The notes: generated from the sequence alone by a model not told the origin. A stretch of DNA of 53,599 nt from Chitinophagales bacterium (GCA_020848475.1 JADKZZ010000052.1:1-53599), one strand, 5' to 3'. Shown: positions 10,473-20,336, counted from the stretch's first letter. A program made the numbers and translations.

Positions 10473-11027
10473 ATGCAACGCTTATACATTTTCTTATTTT
10501 CAATGTTTCTTTTCAGCAATTTATTTGCAAACTCATCAAATAAAAAGGATAAGTATAATGAATTTATTTATTGGAATGCTGATAGCAAATTAAGTTGGAG
10601 TGATTTCAAAGGAAAGCCAGCAACAGGCACGTCAGAAGAAGCGATGACAGCATCGTCAGTACAGTATAATTATTCAATATCGGGTGGAAAAATTCAATGG
10701 CAAGTATATGCAAAGTTTTATCCAAATGCCTCATGGAAAAGTTTGAAAGTGTATAGTGATTATTTGTTGCAACACGAACAATTGCATTTCGATATTTCAG
10801 AATTATATGCGCGTATGCTACGTAAACAATTGACAGAAAAAATAAAATCGCCAAAAGATGCGTTGTTGCTAAAAAAAATAGGTGATTCTATTATAAATGC
10901 TTGGGACATTGAACAAGATGCGTATGATAGAGAAACCAATCACAGCATGAATGAAAAATCACAAGCAATTTGGCAAGCAAAAATACATGAACGCTTAGCT
11001 GAATTGCAAGAATTTGCTTCTCCATAA
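10473..11027 (+). CDS. DUF922-type putative zinc metallopeptidase
   Basis: Signal peptide, HEQLHFD (HExxH) motif, 184 aa. Confidence 0.6.
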   Translation: MQRLYIFLFSMFLFSNLFANSSNKKDKYNEFIYWNADSKLSWSDFKGKPATGTSEEAMTASSVQYNYSISGGKIQWQVYAKFYPNASWKSLKVYSDYLLQHEQLHFDISELYARMLRKQLTEKIKSPKDALLLKKIGDSIINAWDIEQDAYDRETNHSMNEKSQAIWQAKIHERLAELQEFASP

Positions 11028-11032
11028 TGCTA

Positions 11033-11869
11033 CTATTTTTCTATAAAAATAGAATCGTAAAAAGTAGGAATAATTTTATTTTCGTGTGCTATTTTATAAA
11101 GTGTATTGACGGCAAGTTCGCCTTCAAATCCTAGTGCTACACTGTATTTGTTTACATATAAATCGATATGTTTTTTACAAACCTCTTCATTTATTTCTTG
11201 TGCATGTTGAGATACGAATGTTTTAGATGATGTCGGATTGGCAAATGCAAATTCAATACTTCGTTTTATGATTCTTTCAATAGCCAATTGCACTTCTATT
11301 TCTAAACTTCTTTTTACAGCGATGCCACCAAGCGGAATTGGTGCATGGTATGTGCTTTCCCAATATTCACCTAAATCAATAATTTTTTTTAAGCCATGTC
11401 CTTCATAAGTAAATCTGTTTTCGTGTATGATCACACCAGCATTATATTCTTCTTGTAAGAGTTTATTTTCAATATCAGAAAACAAAACAAAATGTTTGTT
11501 ATTAGCAGTAGGATAGCGTAAAGAGAACAACAAATTTGCAGTAGTATATTTTCCAGGAATTGCAATTGAGCAAGACTGTATTTGTTCGTCAGTAAGATGA
11601 TTTTTGGCGATTAAAATTGGTCCACAATTATTTCCTAACGCACTGCCTGATCGCAATAATACATAGTTTTCTATGGCATAAGCAAATGCATGATAGCTAA
11701 GTTTTGTGATGTCATATTGTTGTGCAAAAGCTGCTTGATTTAATTGTTCAACATCAGCAAATATCAGCTTAAAATCAAAACCTTCAGTATCTATTTTGTG
11801 ATGCAGCATGGCATCGAAGATGAATGTATCATTTGGGCAAGGTGAAATCGCTAAAGTTAAAGTTTGCAT
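11033..11869 (-). CDS. mqnD: 1,4-dihydroxy-6-naphthoate synthase (futalosine pathway)
   Basis: The N-terminal LAISPCPNDTFIFDAMLHHKIDTEGFDFKL and ITKLSYHAF closely parallel characterised MqnD. Confidence 0.85.
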   Translation of the reverse strand: MQTLTLAISPCPNDTFIFDAMLHHKIDTEGFDFKLIFADVEQLNQAAFAQQYDITKLSYHAFAYAIENYVLLRSGSALGNNCGPILIAKNHLTDEQIQSCSIAIPGKYTTANLLFSLRYPTANNKHFVLFSDIENKLLQEEYNAGVIIHENRFTYEGHGLKKIIDLGEYWESTYHAPIPLGGIAVKRSLEIEVQLAIERIIKRSIEFAFANPTSSKTFVSQHAQEINEEVCKKHIDLYVNKYSVALGFEGELAVNTLYKIAHENKIIPTFYDSIFIEK

Positions 11870-11942
11870 GTCATAAATGTAAGGCTAATATTTAACTTTT
11901 AAAATGATGCATATTGTACATCTTTATGTACTTTGCATTAGA

Positions 11943-13316
11943 ATGAAATCTTCCAATAGAAATATACTCTTGTTTGCTATTGTTGTTGCAGTGCTCGTCA
12001 ATATGTTATCCTGTAATTTCCCATTTTTTTGGGACACCATTCTTACTTCTACCATTACACATTCGATATTTGAACATGGTGGTTTATTGCCACCACCAAG
12101 CATAGATGCTGGCCATCCGCCTTTATTTTATTGGTATATCGTGCTGATGTATAAAATGTTTGGCTTTAGTTTACAAGTGGCTCATTTGGCTATGTTGCCA
12201 TTCACTATTATTGGAGCAACTACTTTTATTCTAATTTTACAAAAATTCCAATTTAGCAAACAACAACAATATTTTGCTGTATTATTCTATTTTTCTATTC
12301 CAGCAGTTTTTACACAACATACAATGTTGAGCTACGATGTCGTTTTGCTGTCTATGTATTGTGCGGCACTTACTGCATTTTTATACCAAAGAAAAATTTT
12401 ACTTAGTCTAATTTCGATAGTGTTAGTTGGTGTTTCGCTGCGTGGCATTGTATGTTTGTTTGCGATATCTATGACAATTTATTTCTTTGAAAATAGAAAG
12501 TTTAAGATGTGGTGGCATTGGAATTTATATTTTATTCCATCGTTAATATTATCTTTTATTTGGTATTATTTTCATTACACACAAACTGGTTGGTGGATAA
12601 GCACGCCATCGATAGCTTGGAGTCAACATCGCAGCTTTGTTGATGCAAAAGGCTTTGCTGTTAATCTATTTTCAATAGCACGTTGTTTCTTTGATGTTGG
12701 AATATTTATACTTTCAGTACTTACTGCTCTTTATTTTATAAAAGTAAAAAAGTTAGATAAATTGATGATGATATGGTGTATTCCAGCACTTATATTTATT
12801 TTGTTTTTTATTCCATTTTCCAATCCAATCAATCATCGTTATTTTTTGATTGTGTATGTATTTCTATTACTGCCTGTTTTAAAATTCCTGAGCGACAAAA
12901 AAGTGTATGTACAATTTATATTTCTGTTTATCGTCATACTTGGACATTTTCAAATTTATCCTGTTCCGATATCAAATGCTTGGGACTGCACCATGCAATA
13001 CACCAATTACAGTAGTGTAAAGCAGGAGGCCGAAAATTTTATTACTTCAAAAAATATAAACAGAGATGCAATTGCAACTGTTTTTCCAATGAATGCAAGC
13101 TTTTTACAAACCAATAATAAAGTAGGCTATGCTCGACTAGAGAATATTCATGCGCATGCTATCGATTCAATTCCGTATATTTTGTTTTCAAATGTTGGAA
13201 ATGATTTTTCCGATACGCAAATTAAACAGCTACAACAATGGCATCAAATAGCCTCCTTTGATAAAGGATTAATACATATGATATTGTATAAAAATCCTGT
13301 TTTTTCTAATTATTGA
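11943..13316 (+). CDS. polytopic membrane glycosyltransferase, GT-C fold (ArnT/PMT-like)
   Basis: More than 10 predicted TM helices with a soluble C-terminal domain. It sits directly upstream (23 nt) of a polyprenyl-phosphate GT2. The call rests on topology and context only. I chose the ATG at 11943. Confidence 0.5.
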   Translation: MKSSNRNILLFAIVVAVLVNMLSCNFPFFWDTILTSTITHSIFEHGGLLPPPSIDAGHPPLFYWYIVLMYKMFGFSLQVAHLAMLPFTIIGATTFILILQKFQFSKQQQYFAVLFYFSIPAVFTQHTMLSYDVVLLSMYCAALTAFLYQRKILLSLISIVLVGVSLRGIVCLFAISMTIYFFENRKFKMWWHWNLYFIPSLILSFIWYYFHYTQTGWWISTPSIAWSQHRSFVDAKGFAVNLFSIARCFFDVGIFILSVLTALYFIKVKKLDKLMMIWCIPALIFILFFIPFSNPINHRYFLIVYVFLLLPVLKFLSDKKVYVQFIFLFIVILGHFQIYPVPISNAWDCTMQYTNYSSVKQEAENFITSKNINRDAIATVFPMNASFLQTNNKVGYARLENIHAHAIDSIPYILFSNVGNDFSDTQIKQLQQWHQIASFDKGLIHMILYKNPVFSNY

Positions 13317-13339
13317 ATTGAAAATAGTACATTTGGTTT

Positions 13340-14260
13340 ATGGAAATTTCTGTTGTCATTCCAGTTTTTAATGAGGAAGCAAATCTTCCATTGTTGCACG
13401 AACGACTAGTAAATGCTGTTACATCGTGCTCCAATGACTATGAATTTATTTTTGTGAATGATGGTTCAACAGATAAATCATTACAAATAATTCGCGATTT
13501 AGCGGCACGTTTTGCACAAGTAAAATATATTGATTTTAGTAAAAATTTTGGTCATCAATTGGCCGTTTTTGCAGGCTTAGAACATGCTACTGGCGAATAC
13601 ATTGTCATCATAGATGCTGACTTGCAAGATCCACCTGAGCTGATACAAGAGTTATATGCTAAAATAAAAACTGGTTTTGATGTTGTATATGCACAACGGG
13701 AAACAAGAGTTGGCGAATCTTGGCATAAGCGATTTACTGCTAAATTATTTTATCGCTTTATCAATACATTGTCAGACGTGGCTATACCTTTAGATACTGG
13801 CGATTACCGAATACTTACTAAACGCATAAAAGACATAGTGGTGGCGATGCCAGAGCGTAATAAATTTTTGCGTGGCCAGATTGCATGGACTGGATTTAAT
13901 CAATCTTCTGTAATGTATAAGCGCGATGAACGATATTCTGGAAAATCAAATTATTCATACACAAAAATGTTTTCATTTGCAATTGATGGTATTACCGCAT
14001 TTTCCAATTTGCCATTGCGCTTAGCAACTTATCTTGGTTTTTTGGTGTCATTAATTTCTTTTTTTGTAATTCTATATACACTATATCAAAAATATATCAA
14101 CCATAATGTCGTACAAGGTTGGTCTTCATTGATGGTGAGTGTAATGTTTATTGGTGGTGTGCAATTAATTTGTTTAGGAATAATTGGCGAATATCTAAGT
14201 AGGATTTTAGATAATGTCAAACAGCGCCCACTCTATATCGTTAGAGACAGTAATTTATAA
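13340..14260 (+). CDS. polyprenyl-phosphate glycosyltransferase, GT2 (GtrB/ArnC/DPM1-like)
   Basis: ISVVIPVFNEE, VNDGSTDKS and DADLQDPPE motifs plus two C-terminal TM helices. Confidence 0.85.
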   Translation: MEISVVIPVFNEEANLPLLHERLVNAVTSCSNDYEFIFVNDGSTDKSLQIIRDLAARFAQVKYIDFSKNFGHQLAVFAGLEHATGEYIVIIDADLQDPPELIQELYAKIKTGFDVVYAQRETRVGESWHKRFTAKLFYRFINTLSDVAIPLDTGDYRILTKRIKDIVVAMPERNKFLRGQIAWTGFNQSSVMYKRDERYSGKSNYSYTKMFSFAIDGITAFSNLPLRLATYLGFLVSLISFFVILYTLYQKYINHNVVQGWSSLMVSVMFIGGVQLICLGIIGEYLSRILDNVKQRPLYIVRDSNL

Positions 14261-14335
14261 TTCGTATAATAAATAAAAGGAATGCAACAAGTGTATTGCT
14301 GAATTCAATAAATCAAAGACTATTGAAATTGTTAA

Positions 14336-15016
14336 CTAACTCAACAGTGCTATTAATTCTCTATTCAAATTGTCAACTGCATTTTTTATCTGCCAATTAT
14401 CTTTATTTCTTCTTTCAACATAATTTGATATAGAACGTATTTCAATGCTTGGTTTATTTATTAATTTCATGACATAATAAAAGGCGAGGCCCTCCATATT
14501 TTCTGTATCAGCATTGTATTTTTCTTGTATAACTTTTATTGTTTTCTCTTTGCCATGTACTTTATTTACTGTAATTGAGCTAGCTTTTGGTAAACTTATT
14601 TTTTTATGAAATTCTGATATTATAGGCTCACAAAGTCCATATTTAAAGGCATCTTCTTTTTTGTCGATAAAACCTAAGTCAAAGAAATCTTGAAATTCTT
14701 CATCATTTTCAACACCAAAATCACCATATGTTTCTGATGCAATTTGAAATACATCACCAATATTTAAACTTCTATTAAATGCGCCACAAATTCCTGCATC
14801 AATATAGAAATCACGTTCGTTTTGTTGTGTGTAAATAGCAACATGTGCAGCCGTGTTCATCATGCCCATTCCGGTAATGAGTATATGTAGATTGTCGTTT
14901 ACGATATACAAATCATTTTGCGAAGTAGCTTTCGGTTGTAATTGTTGAAATAAGGGTTGCAGCTCCAATTTTGTTGCAGCAACAATGGTGATTTTTAATG
15001 CTGATGTTGTTATCAT
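14336..15016 (-). CDS. mqnB: futalosine hydrolase
   Basis: Nucleosidase (PNP_UDP_1) fold pattern: KITIVAATKLELQPL, ILITGMGMMNTAAHV and ENMEGLAFYYV. I chose the ATG at 15016 over the TTG at 15037. Confidence 0.75.
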   Translation of the reverse strand: MITTSALKITIVAATKLELQPLFQQLQPKATSQNDLYIVNDNLHILITGMGMMNTAAHVAIYTQQNERDFYIDAGICGAFNRSLNIGDVFQIASETYGDFGVENDEEFQDFFDLGFIDKKEDAFKYGLCEPIISEFHKKISLPKASSITVNKVHGKEKTIKVIQEKYNADTENMEGLAFYYVMKLINKPSIEIRSISNYVERRNKDNWQIKNAVDNLNRELIALLS

Positions 15017-15118
15017 TTTCAATATAATTATTGTCAAAGATAAGGCTTAAATAAAATTCTGTTTCTACAACAAGCAATATTATTACATTTGTATGTCTTA
15101 TTCACTATTATTCTTTGT

Positions 15119-15568
15119 ATGCAATCTATTTTAGTAAAACATTTTCGCGATTTATCACCTTTTGAGTTGTACGACATATTGCAGTTGAGAGAAGAAGTAT
15201 TTCAATTAGAACAAACTTGCCTTTATAAAGACATTGATGATAAAGATAAATATAGCCATCATTTACTCTTATATAAAAATGAGATTTTAGTAGCCTATTG
15301 TCGTTTGGTGCCAATACAAATTTCGTATCATGATTATGTTTCTATTGGTAGAGTGGTAAGCAAACAAACACATCGTAAAACAGGCTATGGCCGTTTGTTG
15401 ATGGACTATGCAATGCAGCAAATGGATATTTTATTTCCGCATCAATCTATAAAAATATCAGCGCAGCAGTACTTGCAAAAATTTTATGAAAGCTACGGTT
15501 TTGTTAAAGTAGGCGAGTGGTATATGGAAGATGATATTCCACATATTGCTATGGTCTTTACAAAATAA
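15119..15568 (+). CDS. GNAT family N-acetyltransferase (ElaA-like)
   Basis: FRDLSPFELYDILQLREEVFQLEQTCLYKDIDDKD and RKTGYGRLLM (acetyl-CoA loop). ATG at 15119. Confidence 0.8.
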   Translation: MQSILVKHFRDLSPFELYDILQLREEVFQLEQTCLYKDIDDKDKYSHHLLLYKNEILVAYCRLVPIQISYHDYVSIGRVVSKQTHRKTGYGRLLMDYAMQQMDILFPHQSIKISAQQYLQKFYESYGFVKVGEWYMEDDIPHIAMVFTK

Positions 15569-15574
15569 GTTAGT

Positions 15575-16507
15575 TTAAATGTTTACTACTTGTCGCACAT
15601 CGGCAACATCTTTTTCAATTTGTAATTTTAGTAATTCCCAATTCTCATATTTAATTTGTTCTCGAAGAAATTGAACAAAAATCATGTCGAGTTCTTGATT
15701 GTATAAATCACCATCGAAATCTAAAATAAAAACTTCTATAGTCAGTTTACTATTGTCGAATACTGTTTCTCTGTATCCAATACTTAATGCACCTTTGTAA
15801 TATTGTTGGTTTATTTTGATTTTTACTGCATACACACCTGACGCAGGAATGAGCTTATGTGGATAGGAAATGTCAATGTTTGCAGTAGGAAAACCTAATA
15901 TTCTTCCAATTTTATCGCCATGAACAACCTTGCCTTTTATCGTAAATGGGTGCGCTAAAAATTGATTGGCTTGTTGAATATCTCCGTGCAATAATGCATT
16001 GCGAACTTTTGTAGAGCTGACTGAAATTTCATCTAAAGTTTGAGCAGATATTTCTTCTACTTCGTAATTGTATTTACTCGCCAACTTTCTAAGTAAATCA
16101 ATATTTCCACTTCTGTTTTTTCCAAAATGATGGTCATAACCAATCACTATTTTTTTAGGATGAAAATTATCGATTAATATTTTTTGAACATACTCTTCTG
16201 CGTCCATAGCAGCAAAATCTTTTGAAAATTCAGCGATGACTAAGTGGTCTAACTCAAAAGAATTTAATAATTCAATTTTTTCGTCGATAGTAGAAATTAG
16301 TTTTAAAGTGGTGTCCTTAGGGTTTAATATTAAACGAGGATGCGGATCAAATGTGAGCAAAATACTTTCACCATTGATTGCTGTAGCGATGTCGTTGATG
16401 CGTTTGATAATTTGCTGATGACCAAAATGCACGCCATCATACGTGCCAATTGTTAGTACGGCATTTTTAAAATTTGGCAAATTATGTATTCCTTTGTGAA
16501 CTTGCAT
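15575..16507 (-). CDS. ribF: bifunctional riboflavin kinase / FAD synthetase
   Basis: VLTIGTYDGVHFGHQ, the HHFG motif, and the C-terminal kinase domain GFPTANI...EVFILDF. The ATG at 16507 lies 10 nt after the truB stop, so the track's start at 16546 overlaps truB. Confidence 0.92.
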   Translation of the reverse strand: MQVHKGIHNLPNFKNAVLTIGTYDGVHFGHQQIIKRINDIATAINGESILLTFDPHPRLILNPKDTTLKLISTIDEKIELLNSFELDHLVIAEFSKDFAAMDAEEYVQKILIDNFHPKKIVIGYDHHFGKNRSGNIDLLRKLASKYNYEVEEISAQTLDEISVSSTKVRNALLHGDIQQANQFLAHPFTIKGKVVHGDKIGRILGFPTANIDISYPHKLIPASGVYAVKIKINQQYYKGALSIGYRETVFDNSKLTIEVFILDFDGDLYNQELDMIFVQFLREQIKYENWELLKLQIEKDVADVRQVVNI

Positions 16508-16517
16508 CGACACAATA

Positions 16518-17192
16518 TTATTTAATTTTTTCCATAAATTGTTCAATGCTTAGTGCATCAGCAACATTGTAATTTCCAATTTTAGTTCTGCGCAATGCGT
16601 ATAAATAGGCACCATTATTTAAGCGTTTGCCAAAATCGTTTGCCAAGCTTCTGATGTATGTGCCTTTCGTACAAGCCACATGGAAATCAACTAATGGCAA
16701 TTGTATATTGCTTAATTGAAAATCTATAATGGTGATTTTTTTAGATTTTAAAGTAAGCTCTTTTCCTGCTCTTGCTAATTCATAAGCTCTTTTGCCATTT
16801 ATTTTTACCGCAGAATGTGCTGGTGGAAATTGCTCTTGTTCGCCAATAAATGTGCTTGCGTTGGACAATAATTTTTCAGTAGTTATTGCAGAAATATCAA
16901 ATGTTTGATTGGGTTCTTTTTCTGTGTCATAGCATTCCGTAGTAGCGCCAATGTAGAAGGTGCCAGTATATACTTTATCTGCATTTTGTATTGCTTCAAT
17001 AGTTTTTGTCTTTTTACCAGTGCAAATAATGAGTAAGCCACTTGCTTTAGGGTCAAGTGTCCCAGCATGTCCAATTTTGATGTTTCCGTATTTTTTCTTT
17101 AGTGCAAATTTTATTTTATTCACCACATCAAAGCTCGTCCAGTCTAATGGTTTGTCTATTAGGATTACTTCGCCTTCTTCAAAATTATTCAC
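16518..17192 (-). CDS. truB: tRNA pseudouridine(55) synthase
   Basis: ILIDKPLDWTSFDVV and the catalytic GHAGTLDPKASG. I prefer the GTG at 17192, 10 nt after the uppP stop. The track's TTG at 17246 would overlap uppP by 44 nt. Confidence 0.9.
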   Translation of the reverse strand: MNNFEEGEVILIDKPLDWTSFDVVNKIKFALKKKYGNIKIGHAGTLDPKASGLLIICTGKKTKTIEAIQNADKVYTGTFYIGATTECYDTEKEPNQTFDISAITTEKLLSNASTFIGEQEQFPPAHSAVKINGKRAYELARAGKELTLKSKKITIIDFQLSNIQLPLVDFHVACTKGTYIRSLANDFGKRLNNGAYLYALRRTKIGNYNVADALSIEQFMEKIK

Positions 17193-17202
17193 GTGTGCAA
17201 TC

Positions 17203-18018
17203 TTATTTTGTGAAATTAAAATACAATAAAAGCAAAATACCAGCAACTATCCGATACCAACCCCAAGGCTTGAAGCCATATTTAGCAATGATTTCGATAA
17301 ATAATTTAATAGCAAGCACCGCAACAATAAATGCGATTATGTTTCCAATTAGAAAATAAATTAGGTTATTGCCACTAAAAAGCAGTTCATATCCTTTTAT
17401 TGCTATGTCATTATGAGTCCAATCTTTTAAGAAAACGGAATACATCGTTACGGCAAGCATAGTAGGTACCGCTAAGAAAAATGAAAATTCAGCAGCTGTC
17501 TTTCTGTCTAATTTTTGTTGCATTCCTCCAATGATTGAAGCGGCACTTCTGCTAGTTCCTGGCATCATGGCCAAGCATTGCCAAAAGCCAATAATTATTG
17601 CTGTTTTGAAAGTAATGTCTTTCTCGTTTTTTATCTGTGCTTGCGTAAATATTTTATCGACGAATAATAAAACGATACCACCAATAATTAATACAATTGC
17701 AATTGGAATAGGTTTTTCTAATACAGCTTCAATTTTATCGTCGAATAGTTTTCCTAAAACAAGTGCAGGTACTACTGCTGCAGCTAGTTTGAAATAAAAT
17801 TGAATGTTTTTAAAGTCAAAAAACTTCTTCCAATATAAAAAAACAACAGCTAATATGGCACCAAATTGTATGGAGACTTGAAACATTTTTACAAATTCAT
17901 TTTTTTCTGTGCCAAAAAAAATTGTGCTCGTAAATATCATGTGTGCTGTTGACGAAATAGGTAAGAATTCAGTTAATCCTTCTATAATTGCAACAATAAT
18001 TACTTGTATTATGGACAT
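17203..18018 (-). CDS. uppP: undecaprenyl-diphosphate phosphatase
   Basis: BacA/UppP motifs IIEGLTEFLPISSTAHM and PGTSRSAASI, with 8 TM helices. Confidence 0.92.
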   Translation of the reverse strand: MSIIQVIIVAIIEGLTEFLPISSTAHMIFTSTIFFGTEKNEFVKMFQVSIQFGAILAVVFLYWKKFFDFKNIQFYFKLAAAVVPALVLGKLFDDKIEAVLEKPIPIAIVLIIGGIVLLFVDKIFTQAQIKNEKDITFKTAIIIGFWQCLAMMPGTSRSAASIIGGMQQKLDRKTAAEFSFFLAVPTMLAVTMYSVFLKDWTHNDIAIKGYELLFSGNNLIYFLIGNIIAFIVAVLAIKLFIEIIAKYGFKPWGWYRIVAGILLLLYFNFTK

Positions 18019-18073
18019 TGAGAATGTGCTATTGAAATATTAAATTTCGGAATGTAGAATGAAAAATTATCTT

Positions 18074-18433
18074 CTATACTATTTCTGAATCGCCTGCCGG
18101 TTTTTTTAAGATGGCTACCACAATCACCAAAAAGCCTGCAATTACAGTAATAGGTGCCAAGGTTATTCTGCGGAAAGAATAGATTTCAGCTTCATTAAAT
18201 ACATTTGGATCCGTATTGCCACCACTCATCAATATAAAACCTACAATGATTAATGCAGCACCAAGTGCAATTAATATATAATTAGTTTTGTCGAATAATA
18301 AGGTTTTATTTTGACTGTCAGGCAATCGCAAAAATGTACCAGAAGAACTTTTCGCTTTCTGCGTATTACGTGCCTGCGTTGCTTGTGGTTGCTTAGGTGT
18401 GTTTGTATTTTTAGGAGCTTGATTTTTAGCCAT
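18074..18433 (-). CDS. DUF3098 small membrane protein
   Basis: Basic disordered N-terminus followed by two TM helices (NYILIALGAALIIVGFILMSGG and ITLAPITVIAGFLVIVVAIL). It holds the conserved position between ftsX and uppP. Confidence 0.7.
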   Translation of the reverse strand: MAKNQAPKNTNTPKQPQATQARNTQKAKSSSGTFLRLPDSQNKTLLFDKTNYILIALGAALIIVGFILMSGGNTDPNVFNEAEIYSFRRITLAPITVIAGFLVIVVAILKKPAGDSEIV

Positions 18434-18443
18434 GTTTATTTAT

Positions 18444-19319
18444 TTAATACAATTCGTCGAGTTTGATTTTTAAATATTTATTTACAGCAAAGTATGTACT
18501 CGTGATAGAAATTATTATTCCAAAAATCACCAGACATATTGCAATAATTGTCAAAGTTACAAAATCCTGACCTGTAAATACAACGGAAAACTTATAAATT
18601 GTTAAATAGATAATTCCGCTAAGAATTATAATGGCAATACCTGCACTGATAACGCCAGAAATAATAGATTTTACGATGTATGGTTTGATAATGAACCATT
18701 CATTAGCACCAATGAGTTGCATACTTCTAATGGTGAAACGTTGCGAATACATCATAAGTCGAATGGTGTTGTCGATAATAAAAAATGCAACAATCAACAT
18801 GACGATACTCAATAAAACAATGCCAATGGTAATTGGTTTTAAAGTGGCTGCCGTAGTTTTTACGGCCATATCAGAATAAAATACTTCTTGTACGCCTGAT
18901 AAACCAACCAGCGCTGATTTTACATCTTTCACGAAATCAGGATTAGAATAATCGGCATTCAGATTAATGATATATGCATCAAACAACGGGTTTTCACCGA
19001 GTATTTCTCTGAAGTTTTGTCCAAGTTCTTTTTCGAATTGCTCAGCCGCTACTTCTTTACTTTTAAAAGTAATTTTTGCCACATATTTTTGTTTTTTCAA
19101 ATATTTAGCAATGTCTTCTTTTTGCGCTTCAGTAACATCAGTTTTTAAATTCAAATCGATTTGAACACCTTCTTTTATCTTGTTTATTTCTTTTTGGACG
19201 ACAAATACGCCGAAGGAAAACAAGCCAATTGTAAATAATATCATAGCAATACTTACAATAGCGTAAATGAAATTAGGTTTGCTTTTTTTTGGTGTTTTGC
19301 GTTCTAAATCTGCTGACAT
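18444..19319 (-). CDS. ftsX: cell division protein FtsX-like permease
   Basis: Topology of TM1, periplasmic domain, then three C-terminal TM helices. 291 aa. No ftsE is adjacent. Confidence 0.8.
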   Translation of the reverse strand: MSADLERKTPKKSKPNFIYAIVSIAMILFTIGLFSFGVFVVQKEINKIKEGVQIDLNLKTDVTEAQKEDIAKYLKKQKYVAKITFKSKEVAAEQFEKELGQNFREILGENPLFDAYIINLNADYSNPDFVKDVKSALVGLSGVQEVFYSDMAVKTTAATLKPITIGIVLLSIVMLIVAFFIIDNTIRLMMYSQRFTIRSMQLIGANEWFIIKPYIVKSIISGVISAGIAIIILSGIIYLTIYKFSVVFTGQDFVTLTIIAICLVIFGIIISITSTYFAVNKYLKIKLDELY

Positions 19320-19397
19320 ATTGGCGAAAATAATGATTTTTTATTTACTTAATCTATTACGTTATTAACAAGGTGTGCGATTGCCTATTTTTACACC

Positions 19398-20066
19398 ATG
19401 AACAACGATAATTTAGGTTTGGAATTGTATCTACAAGCAACATTCTTTGTAGATAGCGATCAGCCAGACATACAACGTTTTGTAAAAAACATTATAGGCG
19501 CTGAAATAGATAAACAAAAAATTGCTATAAAGCTTTATAATGCAGTTCGAGATGGCTGGCGTTATAATCCATATAATATAGACCTTAAGCATAAGGCCAT
19601 GAAGGCAAGCTCTTTGTTTAATAGAGAAACTAAAAGTGGTTATTGTATTGAAAAAGCGTGTTTACTCAATGCCTGTTTACGTGTTGCTGGCATTCCAAGT
19701 CGATTTCGCTTTTTTGATGTAAAAAATCATATTGGTGTAGAGAAATTAATACAAATTTTAAAAACAGATGTACTCGTTTTTCATGCATGCTGTGAAATTT
19801 ATCTAAATGGAAAATGGATAAAAGCAACGCCAGCTTTTAATAAAGAATTATGTGAGCATTTAGGTGTAGCGCCTTTAGAATTTGATGGTGAAAATGATTC
19901 TATTTTTCAGCAGTATGACACAGACGGCGGTTTGTTTATGGATTACCTAAAAGACTATGGCACTTTCCATGATGTGCCTCACGATATGTTTATTATGCTG
20001 TTACATCAAAACTATGCACATTTTTTTAATCAAGTTACAGATAGAGCAATGGTAAATGTAGATTGA
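19398..20066 (+). CDS. transglutaminase-like cysteine protease-fold protein
   Basis: Catalytic-Cys context SGYCIEKACLLNACLRVAGIPSR and downstream FHACCEIYLNGKWI (His). Confidence 0.65.
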   Translation: MNNDNLGLELYLQATFFVDSDQPDIQRFVKNIIGAEIDKQKIAIKLYNAVRDGWRYNPYNIDLKHKAMKASSLFNRETKSGYCIEKACLLNACLRVAGIPSRFRFFDVKNHIGVEKLIQILKTDVLVFHACCEIYLNGKWIKATPAFNKELCEHLGVAPLEFDGENDSIFQQYDTDGGLFMDYLKDYGTFHDVPHDMFIMLLHQNYAHFFNQVTDRAMVNVD

Positions 20067-20303
20067 ATTTTTTTTATGATAATTCACTTATTTAAACCAT
20101 TGAAAAACGCATATTGTAGCTAAGCAATTCAATTATTTTTTCCCATTTTTCAAAAAAAAAAATAATGGATATGATTTTAATCATACTCATTATGTTTTTT
20201 TATGTTGAATTTTGTAGTACAATGATTTACAAAATCAAAGTATGTATTGAATTAACTTAATACATCCGTTGGGAAATGGACGTAGTTTTATCATAGCTTT
20301 TTT

Positions 20304-20332
20304 AGAAGACGGCATTCCTGCCGTCTTTTTTT
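20304..20332 (+). terminator. intrinsic terminator (plus orientation)
   Basis: GACGGCA-TTCC-TGCCGTC stem-loop, extendable with A:T pairs, followed by a T7 run. It lies 4 nt from the 3' end of the convergent FKBP gene. Confidence 0.7.
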
Positions 20333-20336
20333 ATTT

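Noticed and set aside
20152-20162. A11 homopolymer as a slipped-strand phase-variation switch
   Set aside because: It is not inside a reading frame or between recognisable -33 and -7 elements. It is more simply an A-rich untranslated leader typical of the phylum.
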